Positions 1 through 10,195 of a stretch of DNA of 64,000 nucleotides are shown one piece after another (position 1 is the first letter of the stretch; each line of letters starts with the position of its first letter). The notes beneath the pieces were generated by a model. The model saw only the letters and a program-made list of their open reading frames with translations, was not told where the DNA came from and did not search any database. The position numbers were made by a program, and so were the translations under genes. Location of the stretch: NCBI GenBank assembly GCA_019058275.1, contig JAHLVW010000094.1, forward strand, positions 1 to 64,000, given 5' to 3'. This DNA comes from Candidatus Heimdallarchaeota archaeon. GTDB lineage: Archaea; Asgardarchaeota; Heimdallarchaeia; JABLTI01.

Positions 1-30
1 ATACTATATTTAACACGCAGGAATGTTGAA

Positions 31-1287
31 ATGAAATCAAAAAAAATCCAGACATTAATGGTAATCTCTCTGTTGTTAACTATCTCTGTTTTTGCATCTT
101 TAAGTAATAATAGCTACAATGTTAATCTGCAAGTACCAAATGTACGTACATTTGTTTTTAATCCAAATGCTGAAGGTGAATTAGTCATTTACACACATGA
201 TAGCTTTCTTACCTGGGGACTTGATCCTACCTCAGTAAAACAGAAAGCATTTGAGGATTTTGGCCTTTTACATGATGTAACAGTTAGGGTTCAGGAATTT
301 AGTGGAATGGTTGAAGCATTAAACTCTTTAATTAGCCAAAAGGAAAACCCGCAAGCTGATATTGTTATTGGTTTAGATTCAGTTATGATTAATCGTGCAA
401 AGGATGAAGAAATCCTTAAACCAATAACAAGTGGTGTGAACATCTCGAGTATTCCTACATGGTTAATAGATGCACTTGATTCTGAAAAATACCTTTTGCC
501 AATTGACTTTGGATTAATAGCTATTATCTTTGATACTGAATTTATTACAACATCAAGCTATCCAGAGCTTCTAGACTTATCTTTCGATGATTTGATAACA
601 TTATTTGGTGAGGATTTTGTCTTGCAAGACCCAACACTAAGTGCAACAGGTCTTAATTTTCTATTGTATCAAATAATCTTTTATGAAGAAGTGCTTGGTT
701 TGGAATGGGAAAGTTGGTGGGAAGAAGCTAAAGATGTTGTTACAATTGATAAAAGCTGGTCTGATTCTTGGGCAAGAGTATTTGACACCAAAGAAGATCA
801 TATAATGGTTTCTTACGGTACTGACCCAGCATACAATGACTTCTTCAATTATAGTTCTGAACAAAATGCAGTTATTATCTCTGAGGACTCACAAGAATAC
901 AGCTGGATGCAAATAGAAGGCATTGGTATTGTTAAAGGAACCACAAATGAAACTCTATCAAAAGCATATGTTGATTATGCTCTTAGTAATGTTGTTCAAG
1001 ACTTAATTGCTACAAATAATTGGATGTTTCCAGCAAATTCAGAAATTGAGCTACCACCATGTTATGATTATGCCATCACTATAGAAAATGTTACCTTGTT
1101 GAACACTCTTGTAACTTCAGCATTTGTTGGTGATAATTATCAATCATGGTTAAACACTTGGGAACGCTTGATCTTTGGTAGAGGTACTTGGTGGATTTGG
1201 ACATTAGTTAGTGCTGTAGCTGTTGTTGCTGCTATAGTTATTACCATTTATGTCTTCAGAAGAAAAACAAGACTAGATATTGAATAA
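31..1287 (+). CDS. thiB: Thiamine ABC transporter substrate-binding protein (ThiB/TbpA family), membrane-anchored
   Basis: YTHDSF, ADIVIGLD, DPTLSATG, SYGTDPAY, QIEG and NWMFP motifs typical of TbpA; N-terminal signal peptide and C-terminal TM helix followed by RRK. Confidence 0.85.
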   Translation: MKSKKIQTLMVISLLLTISVFASLSNNSYNVNLQVPNVRTFVFNPNAEGELVIYTHDSFLTWGLDPTSVKQKAFEDFGLLHDVTVRVQEFSGMVEALNSLISQKENPQADIVIGLDSVMINRAKDEEILKPITSGVNISSIPTWLIDALDSEKYLLPIDFGLIAIIFDTEFITTSSYPELLDLSFDDLITLFGEDFVLQDPTLSATGLNFLLYQIIFYEEVLGLEWESWWEEAKDVVTIDKSWSDSWARVFDTKEDHIMVSYGTDPAYNDFFNYSSEQNAVIISEDSQEYSWMQIEGIGIVKGTTNETLSKAYVDYALSNVVQDLIATNNWMFPANSEIELPPCYDYAITIENVTLLNTLVTSAFVGDNYQSWLNTWERLIFGRGTWWIWTLVSAVAVVAAIVITIYVFRRKTRLDIE

Positions 1288-1334
1288 TATTGACGAGAAA
1301 TATTAATTGGAGGAATTTTTTTCCTCTCCTTCAA

Positions 1335-2219
1335 TTAATGTGAAACTAGATCAAATGCTAAATCAGTTGCATGCAAACCATGTCCCTTTCTTTTTAATGC
1401 TTTGTAAGCCATACTAACTGTTACAAACAAAAGTGGTCTTATAATTCCACATTTCATTTTCATATTTAGATACTTAGATTTTGAAAAGGGTTTTACATTT
1501 GCCATAAAAGAGTCCATTAGAGCGCCAATCTGATCTACACTTGGAATTACTTCTTGTAAGAAGATACCACTAAAGTTGATTTTTTTTAGTAACTCAAAAA
1601 ACTCATTGTAAGGTAACTCCCCCATTCCTAATGGTAAATGTAAATCAGCATTTTTTGTACAATCTGAAATATGTATATACTCAATTTCTTTTACAAGTTC
1701 TTCTGGTATATCAAGCCAAGTTTCACTGTTTGTTACATATCTATGTGGTATATCTACAGCATGACCTGCAAGTTTCTTGCCTAAACGGTCTTTTGCTTTA
1801 AAGTAAAATTCTGTAAACTCCTCATCTGTTTGCCCTATAATATTCTCTATTAAAATTGGCACATCTATTTGCTCTAATCTGTTGAGTAAAGTTTCATTAG
1901 ATGAACTAGAATCCTCTGGTGGATGAGTTAAAATATACTTGAGATTCATATGCTCTTTCTGTTCATTCAAAAATGAAATGACATTTTCTATTCTTTCTTT
2001 GAACAACTCGTTTGTCGAACCTATATCATAGTAAAATCTATCATAAATGGGAAGATGAAATGTTGTTGTAAATTTCTTGATACTCTTTACAAATTCATTT
2101 ACACGTGGAATTATCGTTGCATTTACTTCTAGATGGTCTAATCCAATTCTCCTCAATAAGAACAGGATTTGTTTTAAAGACATCCCTTTAATTGGTTCTA
2201 TAGTCATACCTATTTTCAT
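1335..2219 (-). CDS. Sugar phosphate isomerase/epimerase (AP endonuclease 2) TIM-barrel protein
   Basis: FHLP, IEN, DIPH, HISD..D.HLPLG.G and QE metal-binding motifs. Confidence 0.8.
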   Translation of the reverse strand: MKIGMTIEPIKGMSLKQILFLLRRIGLDHLEVNATIIPRVNEFVKSIKKFTTTFHLPIYDRFYYDIGSTNELFKERIENVISFLNEQKEHMNLKYILTHPPEDSSSSNETLLNRLEQIDVPILIENIIGQTDEEFTEFYFKAKDRLGKKLAGHAVDIPHRYVTNSETWLDIPEELVKEIEYIHISDCTKNADLHLPLGMGELPYNEFFELLKKINFSGIFLQEVIPSVDQIGALMDSFMANVKPFSKSKYLNMKMKCGIIRPLLFVTVSMAYKALKRKGHGLHATDLAFDLVSH

Positions 2220-2402
2220 AACATTTATCTACTCTCTAATTTTAGTTTAAATATCTACAAATTTTCTGATTGTTTGTTACTTTATAGAATAAGAGTGGGT
2301 GGTACTAATCTCAATTTTCAACTAAGAGTAATTTCGACAATTTTTCCACTATAAGTTGAATATAGTCTATACACTTAGAAAGAAAAAAAGGAGAAAAAGT
2401 AG

Positions 2403-3224
2403 CTATTTTGCTGCTTGATTTATTCTTTTTCTCAATATAGGATTCAATATTGCATATTTAGCTTTCAATTTTAGAAATCGAGCTTTATTTACTACCTTTA
2501 AGATATTTAAGCAAGAATCCATTATGCTTTCAAGATCTAATCCTTTTGGTTTAATTTCTTGGTTAATAACTCCATTGTATTTATTGTTCTTTAAAAATCG
2601 TAAGAAATCTTGATATGGCATCTCTCCTTGTCCTAGAGGAAGATGATCATCATCTTTTGATGTAGTATCTTGCAAATGGACATAAATAATATCATTAGTT
2701 AATACTTCTGGAACATCAAGCCATTTCTTGCCATAGGTTAAAAATCTGTGAGGACCATCAATTGCATGTCCTGCTAATTGTTTTCCAAGAACATCTTTAG
2801 CTTTCAAATAGAATTCCAAGAACTCTTCATCCTTTTGCCAAGGGATATTTTCAAGGACAATTGGAGTATTAATTTGTTGTAATCTTTCCATCATCAACTC
2901 AAATGAGGAGCTAGAGGATTCAGGGGGATGAGATAATGTATATAGCATGTTCAGATCTTTACTATAAGTATTAATGAATGAAATATTCTCTTCCATTTTC
3001 TTCGAATGTTCTTTTCCTTTTGAGCCTGTATCATAACCTTCAACACCGATAATTGGTAAGTGATACGTTGTTGTTAATTTCCCTAGCTTTTCTAGCACTC
3101 CTTCTATATCTGGAATAATATTCACATTGATTTCTATATGATCTAATTCAATTGCATGAGCAAAAGGTACAAGATGACCAGCAGAAATTTCTTGATAAGG
3201 TTCAATTGTTATCCCAATTTTCAT
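2403..3224 (-). CDS. Sugar phosphate isomerase/epimerase TIM-barrel protein, tandem paralog of 1335..2219
   Basis: Same motifs (YHLP, LEN, DGPH, HLQD..DDHLPLGQG); start moved to ATG 3224 (MKIGITIEP) to match the paralog's MKIGMTIEP. Confidence 0.8.
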   Translation of the reverse strand: MKIGITIEPYQEISAGHLVPFAHAIELDHIEINVNIIPDIEGVLEKLGKLTTTYHLPIIGVEGYDTGSKGKEHSKKMEENISFINTYSKDLNMLYTLSHPPESSSSSFELMMERLQQINTPIVLENIPWQKDEEFLEFYLKAKDVLGKQLAGHAIDGPHRFLTYGKKWLDVPEVLTNDIIYVHLQDTTSKDDDHLPLGQGEMPYQDFLRFLKNNKYNGVINQEIKPKGLDLESIMDSCLNILKVVNKARFLKLKAKYAILNPILRKRINQAAK

Positions 3225-3323
3225 AGGCAAAAAACTCACTTCCACATAATATCAACTGCAAGTGAGTTTTGTGAAAAATAAAGGTTTTTCCTGCCGATGA
3301 GGTATAGGTAAAAAGCATCGAAA

Positions 3324-3983
3324 TTACTCCAAGTCTATTTTGATAAACTTTGTTAATTCCTTTCGTATTTCTTGACTACGTTTGTTTTGTGAAGCATATT
3401 GAGCTGATATAAATCCTAAAACAGCTTTCATCTGATTGCCAGGGATATTTCCTTTGAGATTTTTAGCTGCCTTCACAACATAACTATGATTTATTGAAGC
3501 ATATTCATCAATAAGCCTTTGAGCATCCTCTTGTTCTTTCTTTGATAAATTGAGCCTAAAACCATCATCAATGAATTGTATCAGAGGGTTTTCTCGAATT
3601 CCTTCTTGACGTTCAACTTCATCAATTGAGCTTGCTAATATAAAAGCAGGGGCAGTTCTTTCATAATAAGTAATTGAGGTTCGTTTTTTCTTCTCTTCTT
3701 TAGCTACTCTTACAAAACCATTTTCCAATAAGAGGTCAAGATGGTGATAGCATTTTGGTGCAGAAACACCTAGTTTTCTAGCAATTTCTGGAACCGTCAT
3801 TTCATTTCGTATAGTGCCATCTTCGTTTTCAATACCGCTACGCATTGTTCCTAGAATTCTACGACGCATAGGGTCAACTAATATTTTTATTTTTGCAGGT
3901 TCGCTTACAATCTGGACCCTACTATCTGTACCTTCACTATTGAGTTTATTTTCTTTGTGAATTTCGTCAGACATGATAATCAT
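3324..3983 (-). CDS. ArsR-family winged-helix transcriptional regulator
   Basis: KILVDPMRRRIL...MTVPEIARKLGVSAPKCYHHLDLLLENGFV...YYERTA. Confidence 0.85.
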   Translation of the reverse strand: MIIMSDEIHKENKLNSEGTDSRVQIVSEPAKIKILVDPMRRRILGTMRSGIENEDGTIRNEMTVPEIARKLGVSAPKCYHHLDLLLENGFVRVAKEEKKKRTSITYYERTAPAFILASSIDEVERQEGIRENPLIQFIDDGFRLNLSKKEQEDAQRLIDEYASINHSYVVKAAKNLKGNIPGNQMKAVLGFISAQYASQNKRSQEIRKELTKFIKIDLE

Positions 3984-4071
3984 TCTCTTTTTATCATCGG
4001 TTATTAGATATTTATTCCTTTTAAATATCTTACTCTAGCAATCAAATTTGGTTTTTTGCTCTAAATAATTT

Positions 4072-4097
4072 AAATGTTTAAAATAATTTAAACATTT
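4072..4097. promoter_or_regulatory. Inverted repeat, candidate operator upstream of the ArsR gene
   Basis: AAATGTTTAAA-ATAA-TTTAAACATTT, perfect 11-bp arms about 90 bp upstream of the regulator start; AT-rich, so chance is possible. Confidence 0.4.
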
Positions 4098-4130
4098 TTG
4101 GTTTCTTTTAAGAAAAAACAATGTTTTTTG

Positions 4131-5132
4131 TTATTTCTGTTGTTTTAAGTAGGTAATGATACTTTGCACCTTTTCGTCTGGAACATTTATTGGAATAACG
4201 CATCCTGGGGATATTATTAACCTTTGACCATCTACTGAATCAATAACCTCTTGTATCTTTGAATTGACTTCCTCAGAAGAAGCATCAAGTAGGAATTCTT
4301 TTTCTTCGATCCCTCCCATCAGTATACCGTTAAATTTCTTGTATGCTTCTGCAATAGTTGGTTCTGTTAATTGATCATGCCAGTTTAAAGCTTGAATTGG
4401 ATAGTTTTTTGCTATTAAATCAAACATGATTCTATCGCCATGAATATGCATTATATTGAATTCAGCTTTTTTCTGAATTGCTTTTAATATCTTCAAATCA
4501 TAATTCATACTGAATTCTTTGTATTCTTCCTCTGTTAGCAAATCATATGTTGCTTCCTGTGTTGCTAAGAATAATCCTGATGCACCTTTTTCTATTGATA
4601 TTTTAGAAAATTCAGTCATTACCTTAGTTATAGTTTTTAATCCTTCGTGTAATTCTTTAGGATTTTCTCTTAAGGATTTCAAGAACAATTCTCTATCTTC
4701 AACCATTTTAGCAGCTACCATCAGCGGATTAAAGACAGTTTCAACAAAGGGTGTTTTCTCTTTCATTCCTTTGTTTATCAATTCAAGTGCTTTGAGTTGT
4801 TCCCCAAACATCCCTTGGTTGACATCAAGATCTTCTAAAGTGCCCCAATCATCAATTGATTTTATTCGATAATTTGTACAATATGCTGATCCAGACATTT
4901 TCTTATCATCAAAAGCAATTTCACAACCCCAATCAACAACACAATACCTTCCATTTGGGCTAACTTTCATTACGATCGAATCGAATTTCTCATTATATTC
5001 CAATTGCTTCATAGCCAATTTATCAGCATATAGATCATCTTTTGGAAAATGTCTCCACATAGCGTATGGCGTTTGTTCTAATTTTTCTCCCTTTAATACA
5101 GCTATAAGTTTTTCAATTTTAGAAATGCTCAT
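4131..5132 (-). CDS. Uroporphyrinogen decarboxylase (URO-D/MtaA-CmuA) family protein
   Basis: WRHFP, TVFNP, GASGLF, HIHG, LMGGI and IISPGCVIP motifs. Confidence 0.8.
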   Translation of the reverse strand: MSISKIEKLIAVLKGEKLEQTPYAMWRHFPKDDLYADKLAMKQLEYNEKFDSIVMKVSPNGRYCVVDWGCEIAFDDKKMSGSAYCTNYRIKSIDDWGTLEDLDVNQGMFGEQLKALELINKGMKEKTPFVETVFNPLMVAAKMVEDRELFLKSLRENPKELHEGLKTITKVMTEFSKISIEKGASGLFLATQEATYDLLTEEEYKEFSMNYDLKILKAIQKKAEFNIMHIHGDRIMFDLIAKNYPIQALNWHDQLTEPTIAEAYKKFNGILMGGIEEKEFLLDASSEEVNSKIQEVIDSVDGQRLIISPGCVIPINVPDEKVQSIITYLKQQK

Positions 5133-5148
5133 TGTTTGTCACTTTCTC

Positions 5149-5508
5149 TCACTTTACTTCTAGGTCTAAAACTTCTTTTGTTCCTTTTTTAGCTAGGATT
5201 TTGTATTTTCCTTTTTTCAATCCTTTAACTTCTACAACAATCTCATATGGTTTTAGTGCATGAGCACCCATCATACCTGCTTTCTTTTTGCCAATAACTA
5301 TAACAATTATCTCCTTCTTGCTAACTTCTGTATCAGCTAAATCCATGCTCCAACTTAGGTTTGAAAAGTAACCACTAACTTGAATTTTTAGAATGTCACC
5401 TTCCTTAATGGAACCCGGAGCGGATATTTTCTCAATTACTGCTGCTCTCTTTATTTCCCCGGATATTGGTTCTTTTTTCTTTGAAAACCAACGTTTAATT
5501 ACACCCAT
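5149..5508 (-). CDS. Hypothetical basic beta-sandwich protein
   Basis: 119-aa ORF preceded by an AGGTGA Shine-Dalgarno sequence; alternating beta-strand pattern ending L..G.Y.I. Confidence 0.6.
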   Translation of the reverse strand: MGVIKRWFSKKKEPISGEIKRAAVIEKISAPGSIKEGDILKIQVSGYFSNLSWSMDLADTEVSKKEIIVIVIGKKKAGMMGAHALKPYEIVVEVKGLKKGKYKILAKKGTKEVLDLEVK

Positions 5509-5719
5509 TGTTATTCACCTTCAATACTAGAATCAGATTACAATTTTTTTACATTTAAGGTTTCTTAATCTATTTTTTACTTTATTTAAGCATAGAATTC
5601 ACTAAATATTTATCATATTAGATATTTTTATGTTAAAAGTTGATATTTTACGCAAAATTTTAATTTGCATAATATCCCACAAGGATTGTTAAAACCAATC
5701 AAATTAAGGTAGGTCAGCT

Positions 5720-7384
5720 ATGCCAGTTATTGATATTCCTCTAAAACGCATTAACAAGCTTCTTGGTAAAGAATTAACTTTGGAAGAGCTTGAAGAATAT
5801 TCCTTACAACTAGGAGCAGATATTGACGATAAACGTGAAGATGGTATAAAGGTAGAATATAATCCAAATCGTCCAGATTTTTGTAGTATAGCAGGTTTTG
5901 CACGTGCAATAAAGGGAATAGCTGAATTTGAAACTGGATTGTCTAATTATACTCTAAAGGACAGTGGAATTACTGTTAAAGTTGAAAAATCTGTTTCAAA
6001 AGTAAGACCTTTCATTCAATGTGCGATTATTCGTGATGTCTCATTTGATGAGGATGACATTGCTGGATTAATGAATGCCCAAGAAACTCTCCATTGGGTT
6101 ATTGGAAGAGATCGTAAGAAAGTTAGTATTGGTGTTCATGACATGCGTGACATTCAAGGTCCTTATCGATATTATGGTGTAGAAGCAGATACTAATGCTT
6201 TTGTTCCTCTTGGTGAAGAAAAGGAGATGACTCCTAAACAGATATGTAAGGATCATCCTAAAGGAGCTAAGTATGCTCATCTCGTTAATCTTGATGGTAT
6301 TGTTCCATTTCTTGTTGATAAAAATGACGGTGTTTTATCTTTTCCACCAATAATCAATGGTATTCTTACACTTGTAACTGAAGAAACTCATGATCTCTTT
6401 ATTGACGCAACTGGAACGGATGTTAAAGCTGTAAGGAACGCTTTAGAAATACTAACTAGTTCTTTTGCAGAAGAAGGCTATCAAGTTGAAACAGTTACAG
6501 TAGAATATCCTGATGGTAAGAGATTGATTACTCCTACATTCGCTAATGAAACATGGGTTCTAAGACAGAAATATGTTAAAGAAGTTCTCGGACTTGATCT
6601 TACTCGAGACGAAATCAAGAAACATCTCGAGAGAGCAAGGTTTGGTATATCTAAAGCATCAGCCAAAGATACACAAAAAATCTCAATTAATGTTCCTTCC
6701 TATCGAGTTGATATTTTACATGAAGTTGATCTTATAGAAGACATTGCTATATCCTATGGCTATCATTTAATGGAACCACTATTAGATGAGATAGTTCAAG
6801 TGGGTGAACAGCATCCTGTCTTCAAACTCCAAAACAAATGTAGGGATATTCTTACTGGTTTAGGATTCATAGAAGTCGTCAGTTGGACCTTAGTCTCAAA
6901 AGATTGGCATTATAATAAAATGAGAACTACTGGAAAACCAGTAGAACTTCTTAATCCTGTAAGTCAAGAGTTCAATATTTTCCGTGATAGTTTGATTCCT
7001 AGCTTAATGAATATTTTACAGAAAAATAAGCCATATCCATTACCACAAAAAATATTTGATATTGGTGACATCTCAAAAATAGATGAAAAACAAGAAACTG
7101 GAACTACTCGAGAAATCTTCCTCAGTGGTGTAATTATTCATTCCAAAGTTGACTTTGTTGAGATTAAATCTAACGTAGAAGCTGTTCTAAAAGCACTAGG
7201 TGTTTCAAAATACAAGCTTGAACCTACTGAGCATCCAAGTTTCTTTGAGGGTCGTTGTGCTAAAATCATAGTCAAAAATAAGAAGGTAGGAATCTTTGGT
7301 GAAATTCACCCAGAAGTTCTAAACAACTTTGAATTAGAAAATCCAGTAGGCACCTTTGAAATAGAAGTAGAAAAACTCCTATGA
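5720..7384 (+). CDS. pheT: Phenylalanyl-tRNA synthetase beta subunit (archaeal type)
   Basis: NPNRPD, GRDRKKVSIGVHD, SFPPIIN, YRVDILHEVDLIEDIAI, GEIHPEVL. Confidence 0.97.
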   Translation: MPVIDIPLKRINKLLGKELTLEELEEYSLQLGADIDDKREDGIKVEYNPNRPDFCSIAGFARAIKGIAEFETGLSNYTLKDSGITVKVEKSVSKVRPFIQCAIIRDVSFDEDDIAGLMNAQETLHWVIGRDRKKVSIGVHDMRDIQGPYRYYGVEADTNAFVPLGEEKEMTPKQICKDHPKGAKYAHLVNLDGIVPFLVDKNDGVLSFPPIINGILTLVTEETHDLFIDATGTDVKAVRNALEILTSSFAEEGYQVETVTVEYPDGKRLITPTFANETWVLRQKYVKEVLGLDLTRDEIKKHLERARFGISKASAKDTQKISINVPSYRVDILHEVDLIEDIAISYGYHLMEPLLDEIVQVGEQHPVFKLQNKCRDILTGLGFIEVVSWTLVSKDWHYNKMRTTGKPVELLNPVSQEFNIFRDSLIPSLMNILQKNKPYPLPQKIFDIGDISKIDEKQETGTTREIFLSGVIIHSKVDFVEIKSNVEAVLKALGVSKYKLEPTEHPSFFEGRCAKIIVKNKKVGIFGEIHPEVLNNFELENPVGTFEIEVEKLL

Positions 7385-7407
7385 TTTCTCCTTTGATTGA
7401 ATAACAA

Positions 7408-8934
7408 TCAAAAGATTACTGGAGTATTTCTTAATTGATTAATATTAGTGCTATAGACTTCTCTTATATCATCTAAATCTAGTTTCAGCATGACCAAGCG
7501 ATCTAATCCTTGTCCCCATGCTAATACTTTTTCTTTCACACCGAATGGTAAAGTCACTTCTGGTCTGAATATACCTGATCCTCCCATTTCTATCCATGAT
7601 TTAAACTTATCAACATAAATAAGTGTGGACATTGAAGGTTCTGTATAGGGATAAAACGATGGGATTAATCGTATTTTCTTGAAGCCTATTTTTCCATAGA
7701 AAACTTTCAGATTACCCATGAGGTGTCTTAATGTGACATCCTTTTCAACTATGATGCCTTCGAATTGCATAAATTCAGCTAAATGTGTAAAATCAATTGC
7801 TTCATTTCGATAAACACGATCAATTGAGAAAACTTTCTCTGGGGGGGTCCATTCTTTGTAAACTTTTGCTAAATGCCTGCAAGTTGTTGCAGTTGTGTGT
7901 GTTCGTAGACAAATTTTTTCTGCTTCACTCATCTGCCATTTATATCCCCAACCAGTGCTTTTTGTTTTCCAACCATTTTCATGGGTTTTCGCAATGTTAT
8001 CAACTATCTCTTTTGATGGTAGCTTAGCTTTACTTGGTTTTGCAATTTTGAACGTATCAGCTAGTTCCCTTGCTGGATGGTCCTGTGGTTGGAATAATGC
8101 ATCGAAATTCCAAAATTCAGATTCAATTATGGGTCCTCTGATTTCTTTGAATCCCATCTCGAGGAAAATCTCTCTTAGCTCATTAATTACTTCGATTACA
8201 GGATGTTTCCTTCCAAAATAAGTGACAGGTACATCTTCAGTTGGATCATAAGATTTGAATTCTTTTTTCCTCCAACTTCTTGAAATAATCATTTTTGGTG
8301 TTAGTGTAGTCTCTAGCTTTTGCTGGACTTGCAATCCTTTTTTGAGTAATTTTTCTCCTTCATGAGTTAGTTTAGCAATTCGAATTCTAGTCTCTATTAC
8401 CTCAACAATTCCTCTTTTTCTTAGGTTTTTGATGCTATCTTCAATTTTAGGTTGTCCAAATTTGCTGACAATCTCCCCATTTGAGGTCAATTGAATGACT
8501 TCTTTGTCTATATCTTTTGTAAGCTCTTTCACTTTAATGTAAGTCTTTTTTCCTTCTTTGGAAAATTCAACCCAGTTCTTTCTTCTGAGCCAGCCCATTG
8601 CGATATTAATCAATTGAGGATCTATTCCCGATTTTTCTTTGAAATCTTCTAATAGAATTCTATCTTTTTCTTTTTTCAATATGCTAAATACTTGTTTTTC
8701 AGGTAATCCTTTCTTCACGTATCCTTTTCCTTCATCAGTTAATACAACGTCTCTCATTGTCTTTTCAATACTGTCAACATAACCTTCTTCAGCTAGTTCC
8801 AGTATTGTTTTAGCAACTTTTACTTGTTCAAACTTAGTAATCTCAATAATTTCTTTTTGAGAGATTTCTTTCTTATCCTCAATTAGCTTCAAGATTACTG
8901 ATTGATCTTTTGTAACAATATTACTTGGTGGCAT
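7408..8934 (-). CDS. pheS: Phenylalanyl-tRNA synthetase alpha subunit (archaeal/eukaryotic type with N-terminal winged helices)
   Basis: FWNFDALFQPQDHPARE, LRTHTT, YRNEAID.THLAEF, YPYTEPS, GSGIFRPEV. Confidence 0.97.
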   Translation of the reverse strand: MPPSNIVTKDQSVILKLIEDKKEISQKEIIEITKFEQVKVAKTILELAEEGYVDSIEKTMRDVVLTDEGKGYVKKGLPEKQVFSILKKEKDRILLEDFKEKSGIDPQLINIAMGWLRRKNWVEFSKEGKKTYIKVKELTKDIDKEVIQLTSNGEIVSKFGQPKIEDSIKNLRKRGIVEVIETRIRIAKLTHEGEKLLKKGLQVQQKLETTLTPKMIISRSWRKKEFKSYDPTEDVPVTYFGRKHPVIEVINELREIFLEMGFKEIRGPIIESEFWNFDALFQPQDHPARELADTFKIAKPSKAKLPSKEIVDNIAKTHENGWKTKSTGWGYKWQMSEAEKICLRTHTTATTCRHLAKVYKEWTPPEKVFSIDRVYRNEAIDFTHLAEFMQFEGIIVEKDVTLRHLMGNLKVFYGKIGFKKIRLIPSFYPYTEPSMSTLIYVDKFKSWIEMGGSGIFRPEVTLPFGVKEKVLAWGQGLDRLVMLKLDLDDIREVYSTNINQLRNTPVIF

Positions 8935-9083
8935 TTAGCATACCTCTATTAGTTATAGCAAATGACAAATTAATATATTGAAAAATTTTTCCATGGCACG
9001 AATCAACATATCTATATAGTATATACATTTAATTTTAGAAAACTAAATAACTCACTCTAGTCAGAGTTTACCATGTTAAATCG

Positions 9084-9626
9084 GTGAATAAAATGGTTGT
9101 CATCACAATATCTGGACCACACGGATCAGGAAAAAGTACCATTGCAAAAGAAATCGCAAAAGCTCTCAATTTGAAATATGTTTCTTCTGGACAGACATTT
9201 AGAAGATTAGCAAAGGAGTATAATTGTGATCTTGAAGAGTTTTCTAGAAAATGTGAGCAAGACCATTCAATCGATAGAAAAATTGATCAAATAACTATTG
9301 ATGAAGCAAAGAAGGATGATGTGGTTCTCGAGGGGCAATTAGCTTCTTGGATGGCAAATGATTTCGTCAATTTTAGCATCTATGTTACTGCTTCTCTTGA
9401 TACTCGAGTTGAAAGAATAGCTAAAAGAGATGATATTGATTTTAAGACCGCCAAGAAAATTACTTTAGCTCGAACGAAAAGTGAGGTTCAGCGATTCAAA
9501 CGAATGTATAAAATTGACATTGAGAATAAGGAAATCTATGACTTAATCCTAAAAACTGATCGCTTAACAAAAGAGGAAGTCAATAACATTCTCATCGTTG
9601 CTTGTAAGGGATTCATTGAGAAATAA
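9084..9626 (+). CDS. cmk: Cytidylate kinase (archaeal)
   Basis: ITISGPHGSGKST P-loop, RVERIAKRD; conserved cmk-rpl14e-cbf5 gene order. Confidence 0.92.
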   Translation: MNKMVVITISGPHGSGKSTIAKEIAKALNLKYVSSGQTFRRLAKEYNCDLEEFSRKCEQDHSIDRKIDQITIDEAKKDDVVLEGQLASWMANDFVNFSIYVTASLDTRVERIAKRDDIDFKTAKKITLARTKSEVQRFKRMYKIDIENKEIYDLILKTDRLTKEEVNNILIVACKGFIEK

Positions 9627-9719
9627 ACTGGAAATTTTTCTTTTCATTTTAACACAAAAAGTTAAAAACTGATGAATTTGCAAATAAGTTAATATCCATA
9701 ATAGATGTTCAATAAGGCT

Positions 9720-9761
9720 TTTCCGCAAGGCGACGCGGAAATCAGATTGAAAGTAAATCTG
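9720..9761 (+). promoter_or_regulatory. Two hairpins in the rpl14e 5' leader
   Basis: TTTCCGC-AAGGCGAC-GCGGAAA and CAGATT-GAAAGTA-AATCTG directly before the AAGGAG Shine-Dalgarno sequence. Confidence 0.4.
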
Positions 9762-9777
9762 TGAAGGAGAAATAATT

Positions 9778-10053
9778 ATGATTGAAATAGGTCGAATAGT
9801 AGTAAAAACTGCTGGCAGAGAAGCATTAAGAAAAGCAGTTGTTGTAGATATTATTGACAAGAATTACGTGTTAATAACAGGACCTCCTAGCCTTAACGGT
9901 CTCAAGAGACGAAGAATAAATGTTGGTCATCTTGAACCTACAGGTAAAAAGCTGGAGATCACTAGAAAAGCAACTGATGCAGACGTTCTTGCTGCAGCAA
10001 AAGCTGCAAATCTTGATGCATTCATTAAAGAGCGAATTAAAATTAATGTTTAA
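9778..10053 (+). CDS. rpl14e: 50S ribosomal protein L14e
   Basis: IEIGRIVVKTAGREA..KAVVVDIIDKNYVLITGP...RRRIN..HLEPT. Confidence 0.97.
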   Translation: MIEIGRIVVKTAGREALRKAVVVDIIDKNYVLITGPPSLNGLKRRRINVGHLEPTGKKLEITRKATDADVLAAAKAANLDAFIKERIKINV

Positions 10054-10195
10054 TTTGGTTCTTAACGAAACAAATCATTTAGATAAAATTGATTGAAATC
10101 TAGCTTTCCTTTTGTTTAAGGAAAGACTTTATTTTTTCTTTAATTATACATAATAACTTAAGTGTTGAATTGTGTTATGAATTACTGGTGATTTC

